DNA from: Takakia lepidozioides
Lineage: Eukaryota; Plantae; Bryophyta
Assembly (NCBI GenBank): GCA_030704615.1
Contig: CM060732.1
Coordinates: 3,968,001 to 4,032,000, forward strand
Length of the DNA: 64,000 nt
Reading direction: 5' to 3'
This document shows, piece by piece, positions 24,575 to 38,300 of the stretch. A program made the position numbers and the translations under genes. Numbering within the stretch: the stretch's first letter is position 1; each line of letters opens with the position of its first letter. The notes under the pieces were generated by a model, which saw nothing but the letters and a program-made list of their open reading frames with translations, was not told the origin of the DNA and made no database searches.

Positions 24575-25159
24575 GGAAGAAGGAAGTGGGACCCCTGCAA
24601 CATCTATACTACATATATCTTGTGAGGATGTACTGCGACCTTAAGATAGACCGATTCATTCACCAGACGACACTAGGTTACAATGAAGTTGATACTCTTC
24701 TGCAGCGGGACACCTCACGTGACATTGTTGCGGCTTGTCTTTGAACTCTTTGGGATCATGTCCACTTGCCTTGGTGGTCTTCTTGGTTTTCACGGAGATT
24801 CGGTACAAGTAGGACACACTGATACATTTGAGTAAGCGCCTCACCGGGCATTTGTGCCTCTGATTGATTGCAAGCATTTTTCTATGAATTCAAGTGAAGG
24901 CTGTCTACATTTCAAATTTGTTATGTTTGTTTTGTTTTTTTTTTGGTTTTCTTTCTATAACCATGTTACATGGTAACCATGTTTTTCCACGGCAATATGC
25001 TCTCTATTTGCCATCCTCGCCTATAGGGCCTACTTTTCCACAAGTTTTCGTTGTGCTTATGCTTGATAAAACGTGAGCTCAGCTCCCATGCTCACGCCGT
25101 AGCTACACTGATTTCGGAAACGGATCCTAATAGGAAAGACCACTGTACCTGGTCAAAAT

Positions 25160-25780
25160 ATTTTGTTGAAGTCTAAAAGTAGCATTGCAATGGCTTGTTT
25201 GGATGTAAGGGCGAATCGGGGGATCTCCTGTGCAAGGAGAAGGTTGTCCAGGATGTAGCGCCATTTGATGAATCCAGTTTGGCTTGGTCTAATCAGGGTC
25301 GGGAGAAGAGGTTGCAGGCGCAGGGCTAAGGCTTTAGCTATGATCTTGTAAGCCGCGTTAAGAAGCGTGATAGGTCTATAGTTTGAGATATTGGTTGTGT
25401 CTCTTTTTCATATAACAAGGTAATAGCCCCTTGGGCCATTGATTGAGGCATGCGCTGTTGAGTGTAGATGTGGTTTGCCATGGCACAAAAGTCATCAGAG
25501 ATCTCCATCCAAATTGCCTTATAGAACTCCACATGTATGCCATCCAGACCCAGGGACTTGCCGTTGTGCATCTTAACTAGAGCGTCCCCCAATTCAATAA
25601 TTGTGAGGTCACCCTTGAGGCATAAGGCGGAATCCGGAGAGAGAATAGTTGGAGTTTTCTGTAGACATGCTAGCTAATGGGGAGTGGGAGCGGAATTGTC
25701 CAGGTCTGTTTTGAAAAGGGAGTGGAAATGTTGGGATGCCAGCCCAACAAGTTGTTTAGGGGTAGAGGCGATAGCACTCG
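25160..25780 (-). pseudogene. LINE (L1/Tx1-like) reverse transcriptase fragment
   Basis: KSLGLDGIHVEFYKAIW...GAITLLYEK; in the shifted frame, RPITLLNAAYKIIAKALALRLQPLLPTLIRPSQTGFI..YILDN. Confidence 0.85.
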
Positions 25781-26499
25781 AGGTTGAGTGCAAGCGAAGG
25801 TGGCTCAGTTTGGAGGTCATACTGCAGTTTTTCAGTGAGTGCTCTTCATATTATCCGTATTATTGTGCAAATAAGTTTATCTTCATCCCAAATGAGATTG
25901 AATATTGCTAGCCATCTACCATATGTACATGTTGGTATGATTATTTTGCAAGTTAGATGATATTTCATGGAGCTGTGGATTTTTGAGAACAACTTACATT
26001 CTAGGCTGTCACAATCCCAGTTTGTCCCCAATTGGACTCTCAAACACTAACTTGCACTTAGTCATTTTACATTTGGACTCCAATTATAGATTGTCGGTAA
26101 GGAATAAGAGACAAGGATGAAGTTGTAGACAATTTCATTCATTTGTTAGTTTGCTACGAACTTTTATATACCTCCAAACATACCCAAAAATTCAAAAGTC
26201 CATGGTGTTTAAAATTTTTCATATTTGGGTAGAACTTTTTAATGAAAATATACAGATTGTCATTATCTGCAGGTTCTTATAATTAGATGGACAAATGTCC
26301 TACACAATTGGGGACCTATAAATTAATTTTTTTTTCAATTATAGATTAATATGGCTAATAAAAGACATCTGTGATGGAACCCTTTACTAAAAATGTTAGG
26401 CATATCATTATCTATCAATGTAAAAATATAATTGAACAAGAAGCATAAATTATAAAAAAAAAATCCATGGACTTTCGTGGAGGTCACATCTGCTGTTTT

Positions 26500-29492
26500 T
26501 TAGCCATCTTAGTCTGCACTCACCCCTGAGAGTGGATCTCTGAGCTTGATAATGATCTGGGAGGCACGCTAGAGCTTGGTCTTATCAAAGTAATACTTGG
26601 TCATCTTCTCCCCTTTGTAGACCAATTAATTCCAGCCTATAATTTGAGTTTTTGTTCCTACAGTTTGTGGAATTCCTCTAAGTTATCTGTGGCTTCCAAA
26701 TAAGTTGTGAAAGTAGCCTCATCACAACGAGGGGATTCCAATCGGATTTTGGTAAACCTTGAGACATTTGGAAAGAGCCCTAATCTTCTTCCCCCTAGAC
26801 TGTGCCAGAGCCTTACTCATACTCTGACTGGCTTTGCATACAGCGCAAAGCTTGGCCTCAAAGCTTTCGGTTGGGTTGAGCCCTGCAGAGCTAGTGGCTA
26901 AAGGCTACAAGAATGCAAGGTGATCTCTGCCCATGCTTTCTTTGTCTTAAGCATTGGTGGTACGCCTAGAATCTCTGGTTTTTCTTCTTCTTCTTCTTCT
27001 TCGTCCGAGGACTCCAGTGCAAGGATTTTTGTATCTTTCTGCAGATTCCTGATAGAATTTGTCACTTCCTTGTGTAACTATTTCTCTTTCCTCCGAGCCT
27101 CGATAATCTCGGGGAGTTTTGATCATTGTCTTTTTTCTGAAACTTCTTTCGTAGGCTGCACCTTAGCCTTACTTCTAGTCTCCACTAGAGCACCCACCTC
27201 TGGTATGCAACATGCCATCACCATGTGAGTTGCCACCACTGCAACCTCAATCATGGGATTCCCCATTTCATTGTGGTGTTTTATAGAGGGAACATGCTAA
27301 CTTGCGATGCCCTACTTGGTTGCAATAGAAACATAGAAGTTCTTCTCCATTGCGTCCTTGCCCTTGTTCTCTTCTAGGATTATTTCTATGATCCTCGTTT
27401 CCATTGGGGGGTCCACTTCCAAAAATTACCACCTAAAGTGCAAAAAAATATAGGGTGTCATTTATTCTCCACAAGTAAAAATTAGAACATTTTTCAAAGT
27501 AATATAGGGTATGAGAAATATAGGCGGGAGCATTTAAATGAATATAGGGTAGAGGTTAAAGGCTCCAATTATATTTTATTTAGAATTACTCATAGGGTGA
27601 AGGTATTTTTGAATGACATGTGTCAAGCAGTGTATGGATGTGTACTGTGAAAAGAAAGGGGCAAAAACCCCTTTATAGTTACTTAGCCGATTGTTCATTG
27701 ACCAGAGAATGAACCCTGCCTACACTGTAAAGTGTGGGCAGAGCTAGGGTTAAGCTGTTTGATTACTTAGATCCATGATGAATATGTGTAATTGCATATG
27801 CCACGATGTTCTCCCCTTTAAGCTGTTTGATTACTTAGATCCATGATGAACATGTGTAATTGCATATGCCACGATGTTCTCCCCTTCCATTCTGTTTTTT
27901 TTTCTCTCTGACGACTGGCCTTCCTATGCAACTGCCGGATCATGGTACCTGGTGGATAGGTAGGATACAAAAGATGAGGAGGAAGGTGGGCACTAGATGG
28001 GGGTCCCGTCAGCCAGTAGATCTCTTCAACAAACCATCAACCAATATCATGGTACTATAAAATTACTTCTCTAAGTCTAGAGGGCATATGAAGTTCAAGT
28101 ACGATGTCACTGATAGTAAATGGATAGATATTGATCTATTATTAGCTCAGTAACTATGACTTACGATAGAGGTCAGGATGTATACACCCTTGCTGATGTT
28201 GATAGTGATACTTTAGATGAGTTTGTTTCTAGCAAGTAATGAAATGTAAAATGCAAGTTTGCATAGGAATGTAAAACACAAGTTTTTGCTTTGTAAAATT
28301 TCATTTTATTTATTTTTATATTAATATAGCATATCAAATATTCATGGTTGCTGCTGAATATTTAAAAAAAAATAGCCTACTCAAAAATGTTGTATATTAC
28401 AAAATTATATAATTATAGGGTGTAGAAAAAACCAAAAAAATAAATTAATACCCCCTAGGAAAATACCCTTTTATCGCACGTGTCTACCAAACTGATAAGG
28501 AGTGGCCCCCCTGAGTGGTTTCCTTGTTGGAATTCCCGCTTGGATTACCTTAGTAGTTCCCTCTTCGATTACCTCTTATTGCAATCTCATAGATGTTATT
28601 ATATCCGCTAGGTCTTCCATAGTTGCCATGGTCAGTATTTTCTTGGTTGAGATTGCACCTGATGCACATCTATAGCTTTGTTCTCTCTGCCGTCTTTCTG
28701 TGTTTATAGTAACAATTCTCAATGGAATGGTTACTCATTCGACATATAGCACATTGTTTCTCCTTCATTTGACACTCTGCCATAATATAGCATTTATTTT
28801 GGCATTTTTGACACTAGGTATTCTTCCTCCAGTGTGTTGCTGCTTCTCTAGCTATTTCTTCATCATCACTTCAATTCTTTTATCATAATTGTCCTTCTTT
28901 GCCTTCTCTTTCTTCTTTGATTTTTTCTTGTCCTCTTCATCATCCTCATCTGATTCTTCTTCGGAATCATCCTCACTTTTCTTCTTCGCCTTTAATCTCA
29001 GCATTTTCCAAGTTCTACCTTCTTGGAGATGGCGCATATGCTTTGGCAAGGGTATCATTGGGTAGTATGTCTACCTTTCTCTAAATCTCTGATCTCAGGC
29101 CATTTACATACCGTTGTAAATCTTTATGTGGCATAGTAGTCAATTCTCGTATCATTAACCCCATCTTCTCCATATATTCTTCAACAGTTTCATGCTTCAG
29201 CTGTTGGTCCATTGTACACTCCACCAGTAGTTTTACTTGTTCTGAATCTTTCCTAGAATGATGTGAGGACATCATTCTAGGTTGCCAAGTGGTTATCTAG
29301 GAATGGAGCATACCACTCAATTGCTTTCTTAGTCAGTGAACAATGGAATAATCTTAGCGTTGCTGCATCTGCATTTTTGTTGTTCACTATGCATATGTGC
29401 TCATCTTGGTTAATGTGTACATCAGGATCCCCTTTCCCAGAGCATATGGGGAAAGGTGGTCCCATGCGGGTTGGTGTTGCTGGTTGAGCCAT
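26500..29492 (-). pseudogene. Decayed gag region of an unrelated LTR retrotransposon, interrupted by an insertion
   Basis: FPICSGKGDPDVHI...LRLFHCSLTKKAIEWY; QQLKHETVEEY; YVNGLRSEI; CCHC knuckle CAICRMSNHSIENC near 28710-28755. Left boundary is approximate. Confidence 0.6.
27406..28511. mobile_element. Probable non-autonomous DNA transposon
   Basis: Imperfect TIRs GGGGGGTCCACTTCC / GGAGTGGCCCCCC; repeated ATAGGGT subterminal motifs; internal 68-bp duplication (~27750-27887); short coding remnant ~27920-28240. TSD not resolved. Confidence 0.45.
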
Positions 29493-31377
29493 TTATTGTA
29501 TTAATATTTATCCTTGTATTGGCACTTACCCAATTCCTATTGTCTGTTTGTAGTAACCGAAGTTTCTGTTAAACTACTTTCCATTCTCATTGTCCCTCCA
29601 AGAAGCGATCCAAGCAAAAAAAATTCGAAGTCCTTGAGTTATGTGAGGTGGTGAGCCCCACTGCCCGACCAGCCTCATTACGACGACGAGGCCACACAAA
29701 ATTCAGAGCCTATATAGTCCTATTCAGCCCACTTGCCATCACCACTGTCATATTTGGTGACCTTTATCACCAAATTGCAACTTTTTTTTGACAATTTTTT
29801 TTAATTTAATGACATATATAATTGCATGTTATTTATATATGAAATATACAAATAATCATTTGGTGATGAAAGAGGTGATTGTTTGGGTCATTACATTCTA
29901 CCCTCCATCTCTATTAATCCTTTTTTCCCGTTATCTTATTTTTACTCCAGAAGATTTTACAAAGTAAATGTCAAGTCTTGTGTGTTATGATATAGTTTTA
30001 CTCCCTCCTTTAGTAAAAGACCCTTCATAACTGTTAGTTTTCTTCAAACGCATATATGTATAGATGTATAACAAGACAACTTGGTCTAAGGTCATGACGT
30101 CATGACCTATATCAATTAAACCTGTCAGTACTTCATTTTACTTTAACACAAGATCATTCAAACTCTTTTAAGTGTTAGATTCAGGTTTTCAAGCTCTGTG
30201 TAAGTGTTCCTTCTCTAAGTGTGATTTTTGAAAGGATTCTTATTCCACATGTGTTGTGATGTTAAGTATCTATATGTGTTACATTTTCTCTATTCCCGAG
30301 GTGTAACACATATACCTATACAGTGGTGACTCTATTTGGTGATTACAGACGGTAACGGATGACGCAGGATCACCTAGCAATGGCCTCCCCATCTCCTCAA
30401 GATGTTTCGCCCTCTCACTCAAATAGATCATGGTTGGTGGCTCATGCCCCACGGGAGCATCCTCATCGGCTTGGAATTCAATATGGAGTGTTTGGCTGGC
30501 TATCCGCTCTCACTTCTCGTTGCGTTCTATGGCCATCTACGTGGTGGCCTTTAGGCAGCCCCTTTTGGTAATCTAAACCTTGACTCTGAACCACTGGCTC
30601 GTCTCTCTTGTAAATGGGCAAGATGGGAAAGTGCAAGGCTCTCTCACATTGCAAACGTATGGGAGAATAATGGTTTCCTGAGTGTTCACCGCGTTACACA
30701 AACGCTCTCTACCAAGAGGGTGGCAGCTTTTTGGCCAATGACCCTCAATGCTGCAGAGGGTGCGATCGCTCCCTTGCTTCGACAAGGTCCGCATGTCATT
30801 TCCACGCCTATTTTGATGGGTTACTCTACCCTCCCCCCTCTGGTATTCTTGTTCTTCGGATTTAGATGGCTGCGCTTCGGGCATTGCTTTCTCTGATGGT
30901 AGACTCACGTTTCGCACCATCTCTCCAAATCCGTGGCAAACCTGTTTGAAATCCGTGTTTTTGAATCTCTAGTAATGTCAACCCTAGACCACCCTTGTGT
31001 CTTGGAAGATGATTGGTGTGGTTCTGTTCACCTTTAATGGTTCCTTGGCCTCCCCCAAGGGTTTGCAATTCGATCCAGGAGAATGGTTCTGAACGAATTC
31101 GAATCACTCTCCCTTCTTTGGTTGCTGATCGGCGCTCCACGAATGATCAGTTCACATCACCTTGTCCCTTACAACTTCGGTAGCACAGAAACAAGCACAA
31201 CTGTACGCACAGAGCTGCTACAAGCAACCACGGTTGTTTGGCTGATCACGTACCCCCACCAGACACCATCCTGTACCAAGCTGTGGGAATGCCCATTCCC
31301 TTTCCGAATCACTCGCTGCCCACACCATCCACAAAGGAGTCTGGAAACCGACAGGTGGCCACTGCCAACAGAGAGGT

Positions 31378-34300
31378 ATGCAACGATAATCATTCCCGAC
31401 CTGGACCGTCATGACCCTCCATAGCTTCTCGTGTGGAGGTATTCGACATTTCCGACGAGGAAGATGAGTGCATTGAGGTCCCCATGTCCTCCACACGGTC
31501 GTTCAAATCCGACATGGACGTCTCTGCAGGTGCTACGCATGTACCCTCGAGCATAACTCCAACCCGGTCCATTGTGCAGCTCCTACGGCAACATCACCTC
31601 GATGGTTCTCGCTCCGAGCTGGCTGCTCTCGACTATGCCAAATTTCCAGTCAGGAAGGTAACGTATCTGCCTCCCGAAGTCGATGGCAATGTCAACTTCG
31701 ACTAGTAGCATGAAAATTGCTGATGGTGTTCGTGTACGATACATCCTCTGTGCGGGGAAGCTGAGGTGCCTCAATCCCGCCTGCTTCCACTTTCTCTCCA
31801 AAAGAGGGCAGAGAAACGAGACGGATTGGACTGGCACAACGCCTCATCCATTCATTGTCTCCAGCCAAGCTCCTGCGGGTACTTTCAAGTGCGCACATTG
31901 CAAAGAACCACCGACGTGCATGTCCATGTGCAGAGCCAAGCAATATTACGTTATCCATTTACTCCCGGACTTGACTAGAGCTTGCATACACGTTGGGGTC
32001 CACTGCCACCCCTTGGCGAGAGGCAACATGCGTGAGGCTGTGCAGGAAGCACACGACATCATAAAAGAGGAGGTGAAATTGAGCCCCGGAGCCAGACCAA
32101 AGCAGATTCAGCTGAAGGCAGCCCACAAGATTGCTCTTGGCAAAATCATGTCTGAAGATAGTTCAGACCGGGTGCCCTTGAACGAAGAGGAGATGCTTGA
32201 CCTGTTGGAGTCCGTCTCGCACGTTTGTAGTCCGAATGTGCGGAATCACATCGTATCTTGCAAGCAGGAGTTCGGCCGGGGGTCGGACATGCACTCAATC
32301 CTGGAGGTGAAACGAATGACTGGATATGACTACATCCAAGGTAGCAGGTTTCCAGGGCAAGGCAGCGAATCCGATCGTTGTTACATTTTTAAAATGTCGA
32401 CGTGTGGGCCTGGGAGTGGAGTCGACTTGGTCACTCGCATGACAACTAGAAACTTGTCGAATGCTTGGGTGATGTTTGATCACATCAAGCGAACTACAAA
32501 CCATCAGTGGGTGACTATGGGTGCGCATGTTTATGACTATCACTCCAAGAGGCTCATGACGATTGCAATCTGCGAGATGAAAGGGGAGGACATACAGTCG
32601 GAGATGCATCTGTGGGAGGGCATAAACGAGCAGATGGCAAGGGCGGGATTGCCAGAGCCCAATTGCAGGGGATTCATGCAGACAACGCTCAGGCCAACTG
32701 GGCAGCGGTGCGGCGTGTGTACGGTGAGGACCCCAATGTTCCAATGGAGGGGAAAGAGAGATCCCGTGGATTCCATTGGATGCAGAGTCTATCTCACTAC
32801 ACTACCAAATTTGTTGCTAGCTCATTCCAAGCTGAACACCGTGTCCTTTGTACGGCGTGGAAGGATGCACCCACATTTGATGACGCGGAGGTTAAGTTTG
32901 CTATCATCGAGGCTTGGTGGAACACGTCAGGTGCAGTGGAGACAACCAATCTGGGAGCCTTGCACAGCTGGTTGGGGTGGTGGCATTTCCGGTATCGACA
33001 GTTCGGACAGTACATGCGGGAGGTATGATGCTGTCATTTTCGTGCAATTGTCTTTCTATTACGGACCTTTCCATTGGTTCCTCACCATTGTTTGTGTCCT
33101 TGTAGGAGCGGTGCTTGGATTCCGACACGGACATGCCGAACACGAATATGGCATAATCAGTGCACTCCTCTTGGCGAGCATCTTCTGCCGCACAACTGGT
33201 GGACATAGTGACGGCCACAACGGAGGACATTGACAGAGCAATCATGCAGCAAGCCACGTACTACAAGTTCCTGAGCGGGAAACAATGGGGCTTTGGGCCG
33301 GACAGGGAGGAATTGTTGGTACGAACAGCTTCGAGGTCGAAGAATCCACTGAAATGGGCGACAGCATTGCGAGAGAAGATCAAAGGGACGCCTCTGCACC
33401 GCAGAGGTGAGCACCTAGAGGGGGACGTCCGTACTTGCCCTGTGAGGCGGAGGATTGAAGAGGAACCCGGGTGCGAAGAGAATTCCTGGAGATCCGACAG
33501 GAACATTCGGACAGCACCTCGAGGGCCCGTCATGTTGCCACACAATGTGTCTTCCAGCAGTGGAAGCCCAAGAAATTCCAGATCGCCATCGCCTTCAAGC
33601 GGGGATTCCGTGCGAGAAATTCCCACCGCTCGCTTGCCCCAGATTCCGCCCGTTGTTATGCAGTATGGCCAAGCCATTGTGGAGACGACTGTGTCGGCGT
33701 CACAGTGGAGAATTGCTCGCACAAAGCCGTCGTTTCGAGGCAGGTGTTCCACAATTCGAGTGGATACACGGCAACGTTGTTTAGAGATAATAAGGAGGAA
33801 TCTAGATGGTGCTGTCCCTGCTCCTACTTTTACAGGAAGATTTGTCCATGCAAAGTTAGGCGACAACCACCCAGTTCTGGTTCTGCAGGCACGACATTAT
33901 GACTTGCGTGTATGGAAAGCCCAAGTACGGCATACAAACAATGCCAGAGGCTCCCCCGGTGTGGCCGGTAGAACCAGGCTGCGATCTGAGTCAGGTTGAG
34001 GCCGACGCCCTTACCGCCGCAGGATTTTGGATGGTGCAGCGCACTGACGTCCCCAGACAACCATTTCCGCTTCCAAAGCCTCCACCACCGACCCCTATGA
34101 GAGCAAGAACAATGGGACCCGACAGCTCTAAGCATCCTACACACCGTTGGGGGAAACCGAAGAGGCGGCGACCTCCCTCAAAAGTGAACGAGACAAGGAT
34201 GGGGAATGCACTTCGGATGAACTGTACAATCCAGAGCTCAACATAAGTGCCCCCACTAGGCTTCGGGCGTGTGTATCAGATGGCCACGGCAGGCTCAGCT

Positions 34301-34531
34301 GTTCGCAATGAGGTGTACACCATCACCATTTCAGAATTACCCACCTGCAATTGCACCGACTTCCAGATCATGGCGAACAAGGGGGCATCATACTGCCCTT
34401 GCAAGCATCTGTACTACGTGTACCTAAAGAGACTCCGGTGTAATTCCACAACTCATTACTTCATACATGCACCACGGTTGAGCCCCCAAGAGGTGCACAC
34501 TCTTCTGAATATGGATCCAGGGGACCAGTGA
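31378..34531 (+). pseudogene. Decayed MULE-like DDE transposase with Cys/His-rich (GCM-like) N-terminal domain and C-terminal SWIM zinc finger
   Basis: CAGKLRCLNPAC...CAHC...CMSMC...HVGVHCHP; FDHIKR (D1); ADNAQAN (D2); ERSRGFHW (degenerate CxxH); TNMA*SVH at the catalytic E position; GT-AG intron 33023-33105; SWIM CNCTDF..CKHLYYV. Confidence 0.7.
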
Positions 34532-35356
34532 CCTTGGCTTGCGGTCCCAACACTATGGTACGCCCATCCTTTTCGGATAGTAGAATTGTACTGCTGCAAG
34601 TAGTTCTGACTCTGGCCACAGAAAGGTCCGACTTATGTCTTGCCTACCAGTAACCTGTTTTGCTTGAACTAAGATAATACTATGTCATTCACTCGTGTTT
34701 CCACGTGCATGTATTTTTGTGTGTTGGAGGGTTCCTATTTTTTCTGCTCTCCCAAACTTGGCTTTCCTCATTTGACCCCCGGCAAGGAAATGCGGCGCCG
34801 CATTTCCAAGTAACGTCGTAGGTACTGGTAGATGCGGCATTCACCAACACCAAACTGCCTAGAAATTTCGCACGTGCGAACCCTAATGCGGCACCGCATT
34901 TCCCAGTTGAGTCGCAAACCTTTCCCGCCGAATACTCGAAGATGACAGAATTGTGCAGACTCTATTTGTTCAATCGCGGCAAAAGGGTCAGCTTCATTCC
35001 AATGTTAAGGCATGTAAAACCGCGGAATACTCTATACAGGCTAGTATGCGACGTCCTTTTGCCGTGGTATACTGGATTTCTCGTTGCACGGTCACTCATT
35101 TCCATGAGCGGATCTAAAAAACCATGAGCGGAGTTGTTATTGACGACATATCTTCGCCGCATTACAGGATCTGGAACTTCCAAAAACGGCAAGGTCAAAT
35201 TAAAAAACTATTATTTTAATACTTATTTAATCTGTCGCATTTCCAAATTTGGAGGAGTCCGCTCATGGAATCCGCGTGTCTTAGACTTCGGCTCACCGCT
35301 CATGCGGCTCATGCGGCTCCTGGCTCATGGCTCATGGTTTCTGCTCATGAAATAGT

Positions 35357-38300
35357 AAACCTCCTCTCAAAGCATGAAGCAATCACACTAACAAGCCCTA
35401 GTCCTTCCAAGTGAAATCCACTCTATCACATAAACTAAGTCAAGCCAAGGGCACCCTTGCTAAGGGAATATACCCTACAAAGCCCTCAACACACTCCCTC
35501 TCAATACCTAGAGCTATGGAGGTGAGAGAGGCTCATGGAGGCTCAACTACAAGAAGATGAGCCCTCCTCAACACTCACAAAAAACCCCTTTCCCATGTCC
35601 CAAGTGAGGCTTGATACCTCACTTGGCATATGAGACCAAATGAAGTCCCAACACACAAAATACAAATATAAATATCCAAAATGTCATAGTTAACTAGAAG
35701 TAGGTAATTCTAGTTAACCATGACTAAAACCATGACAGCTGTCGTGCACCTAAGCATCGTGCCACAACATACATCAGTGTCCACCACATATTCTAAGCAT
35801 ACAGTCCTAGAAAGCTATGCCACAATCGCCCCCCTAGCTGGTGATTAGGTCCCTCTAACACCGGATAGCCGACAAGTATCCATCTCAATAAGATCATCGT
35901 TTGGTCTTCAATCACACAAGTCCCAACATCTAAAATCGATAGATCAAGAGGCCGGGTGCAAAAGTAGCCCCATCATTAGTCGCCTTCCTGCAATCCATGA
36001 TCTTCAGTTGAGTATCCATGGCATTGAAGCCCCACTAGCTAGACCTTGGATCACTTGTCAGTCTCACCATTGCCATGCCCACTACCTCTGTCCAAGGCAT
36101 CGTGGACACAACCACTCTCCGCTAGGAACCTCCTCAAGTGGCGGTGTTAAACATCCCATGTGCCACCCCCTTGAGCATTTGTCACACACCAACATGGTTG
36201 CGGCACCACCAGCATGCCCACATAGCATACAACGCAACCCTACAGGTACCACTGCAAGGTTGGGATCTATCCTCCCATCCACATGTGGGAGATGACATGG
36301 CGCACAATTGCGCACATGATCCTTCCATACCATGCCATCTCGACCTTCCAGAAGACAACACTCCTGAAGACAACACCTTCCTGACCCTTAGAATCACACG
36401 TCCTGCTGTGACATCCAAGGTCGTAGGTGCTGTCTGCTGCAGATACACAGAGTCCCCAAGGTTGAATCTCCAAACACCCGGTCGATATCTGCCTCCACGT
36501 ATGGTGACATACCTCAATGTGTCTCGGTGTTGGGCAATAGCAAGGTTCTCAAAAGCCATAGACATGACTCTCTTGAACAACTCTGCCCGTTGGGCACATG
36601 CTTGTGTCCACACATCCGGATCATCAAGGTTGAGGACTACTGCAGCCTCCTTGCGAATAGATGCAGGCAAATCTGGCTCTCGGCCGAAGAGAAGAAAGTA
36701 AGGTGAGACCGAGGCAAGTGATGCTTGCTTGCTTGCTAAACCTATAGCCCATGGCCAACCAAGGTAGCTGAAGGTCCCAATCCCCTAAGTGTCCCTTCTG
36801 CAAGTTATACTTGCGCAAGCCTCTCTTGACTGTCTAAACAACTCTCTCCGCCAAGCTATCAGCCTCGGGATGATCCCGAGAAGTAGTGCGGTGGTCTATC
36901 AAGGCTTGCTCATACAAAGCCTGAAACTCCCCCAAGAACTCTCTCCCCTAGTCCGTGAGTACCTCAGCTGGAGCACCAAATTGGCTAAGCACTCAATCTA
37001 AGAATGCATACGCAGCCCCATCACTTGCCTTGTCAGGCAATGCCACCAGTTCAATCCATTTGGAGAAATGTTCCACCATCACCAGCACATACTTGTTATG
37101 GCAAATCGTTAGTGGCACTGGCCTGCAAAGTCAAGGCTCCAACGATAGCCCAAACCCATAATGGGTAAAGGATGCAATTGTGGAGTAGGGCGTTGAAAGA
37201 AGCCCGCACTCTATCACACACCATGCATCTTGCCACTAACTGCTGCACATCTGTGTGCATGCCCCGCCACTAGTACTGCCCTTGCAGCAAACTATGAGTG
37301 CGCCGCACCCCAAAATGTCCCAACTCCTCATGGGCATGGCGTACCAATCGCGCTCGTTGTGTTGGATGAGGCACAATCCTCACTCCTCCATCCTCCCATA
37401 CACGGAGTAGGTGAGTCCCCTCCCACTTGAACCTCTTGGCTCGTTGTAGGATCCGATCTCTCTCCTTCGCAGTCACACTAGCTGTTGTCTCTCCGGCACG
37501 AAGATAGGCCAACACTGCTGCATCTTCATACACATCCTTAGTACCACCAAGCTCCTCATTGATCTATGGATCGTCATGCACACTATCTCCACGGCCAATC
37601 CCATGGGGTGGACCAGCTTGAGCTCCCATTGCTAGAATGCACAAAAAGGCAGATGCGTGCCATCCTAGCACCATCTCCTCGTCCATCTCACCATGCCAAC
37701 GAGCTCCTGTATCATCAAGCTCACTTGTGCATGGATTACGACTCAATCCATCCGCATCCCGGTTGACTATACCGGCTCGATGCACCACTTGAAAGTCGTA
37801 CTCTTGAAGCATAAGTGCCCACCGTGCAAGCTTCCCTGTAAGCTTGTCTGACTCCATCTACCACTTCAATGGTTGGTGATCCATGACAAGTGTGAAGAGA
37901 TTGCCATAGAGGTAGCATCTGAAATGTGCCACTGCCCATACTGCAGTTAAACACTCTCCTTCATATGAGCTCTACTTTGCCTCAACATCATTGTTCGAAC
38001 GGCTAGCATATGCCACTACAAACTCTCTTCCTTCGTCATCCACTTGTGTGAGCATTGCTCCAATCCCCAACATACTCCAATCTGTATGTAGCTGGAAAGG
38101 CCGCCCCCGAATAGGCCGCCTCCGAATAGGTCGCCTCAGAATAGGTGCAGAAGTCAATCGAGCCTTGAGTTCCTCAAAGGCTTCCTCCTGCTCCTCCTCC
38201 CACTGCCACTCCTGACCCACCTTGGTCAATTTGGTAAGAGCCTTCACAATGCTGCTAAATCCCTTGACAAACCGACGATAGTTGTTTGCCAATTCCATGA

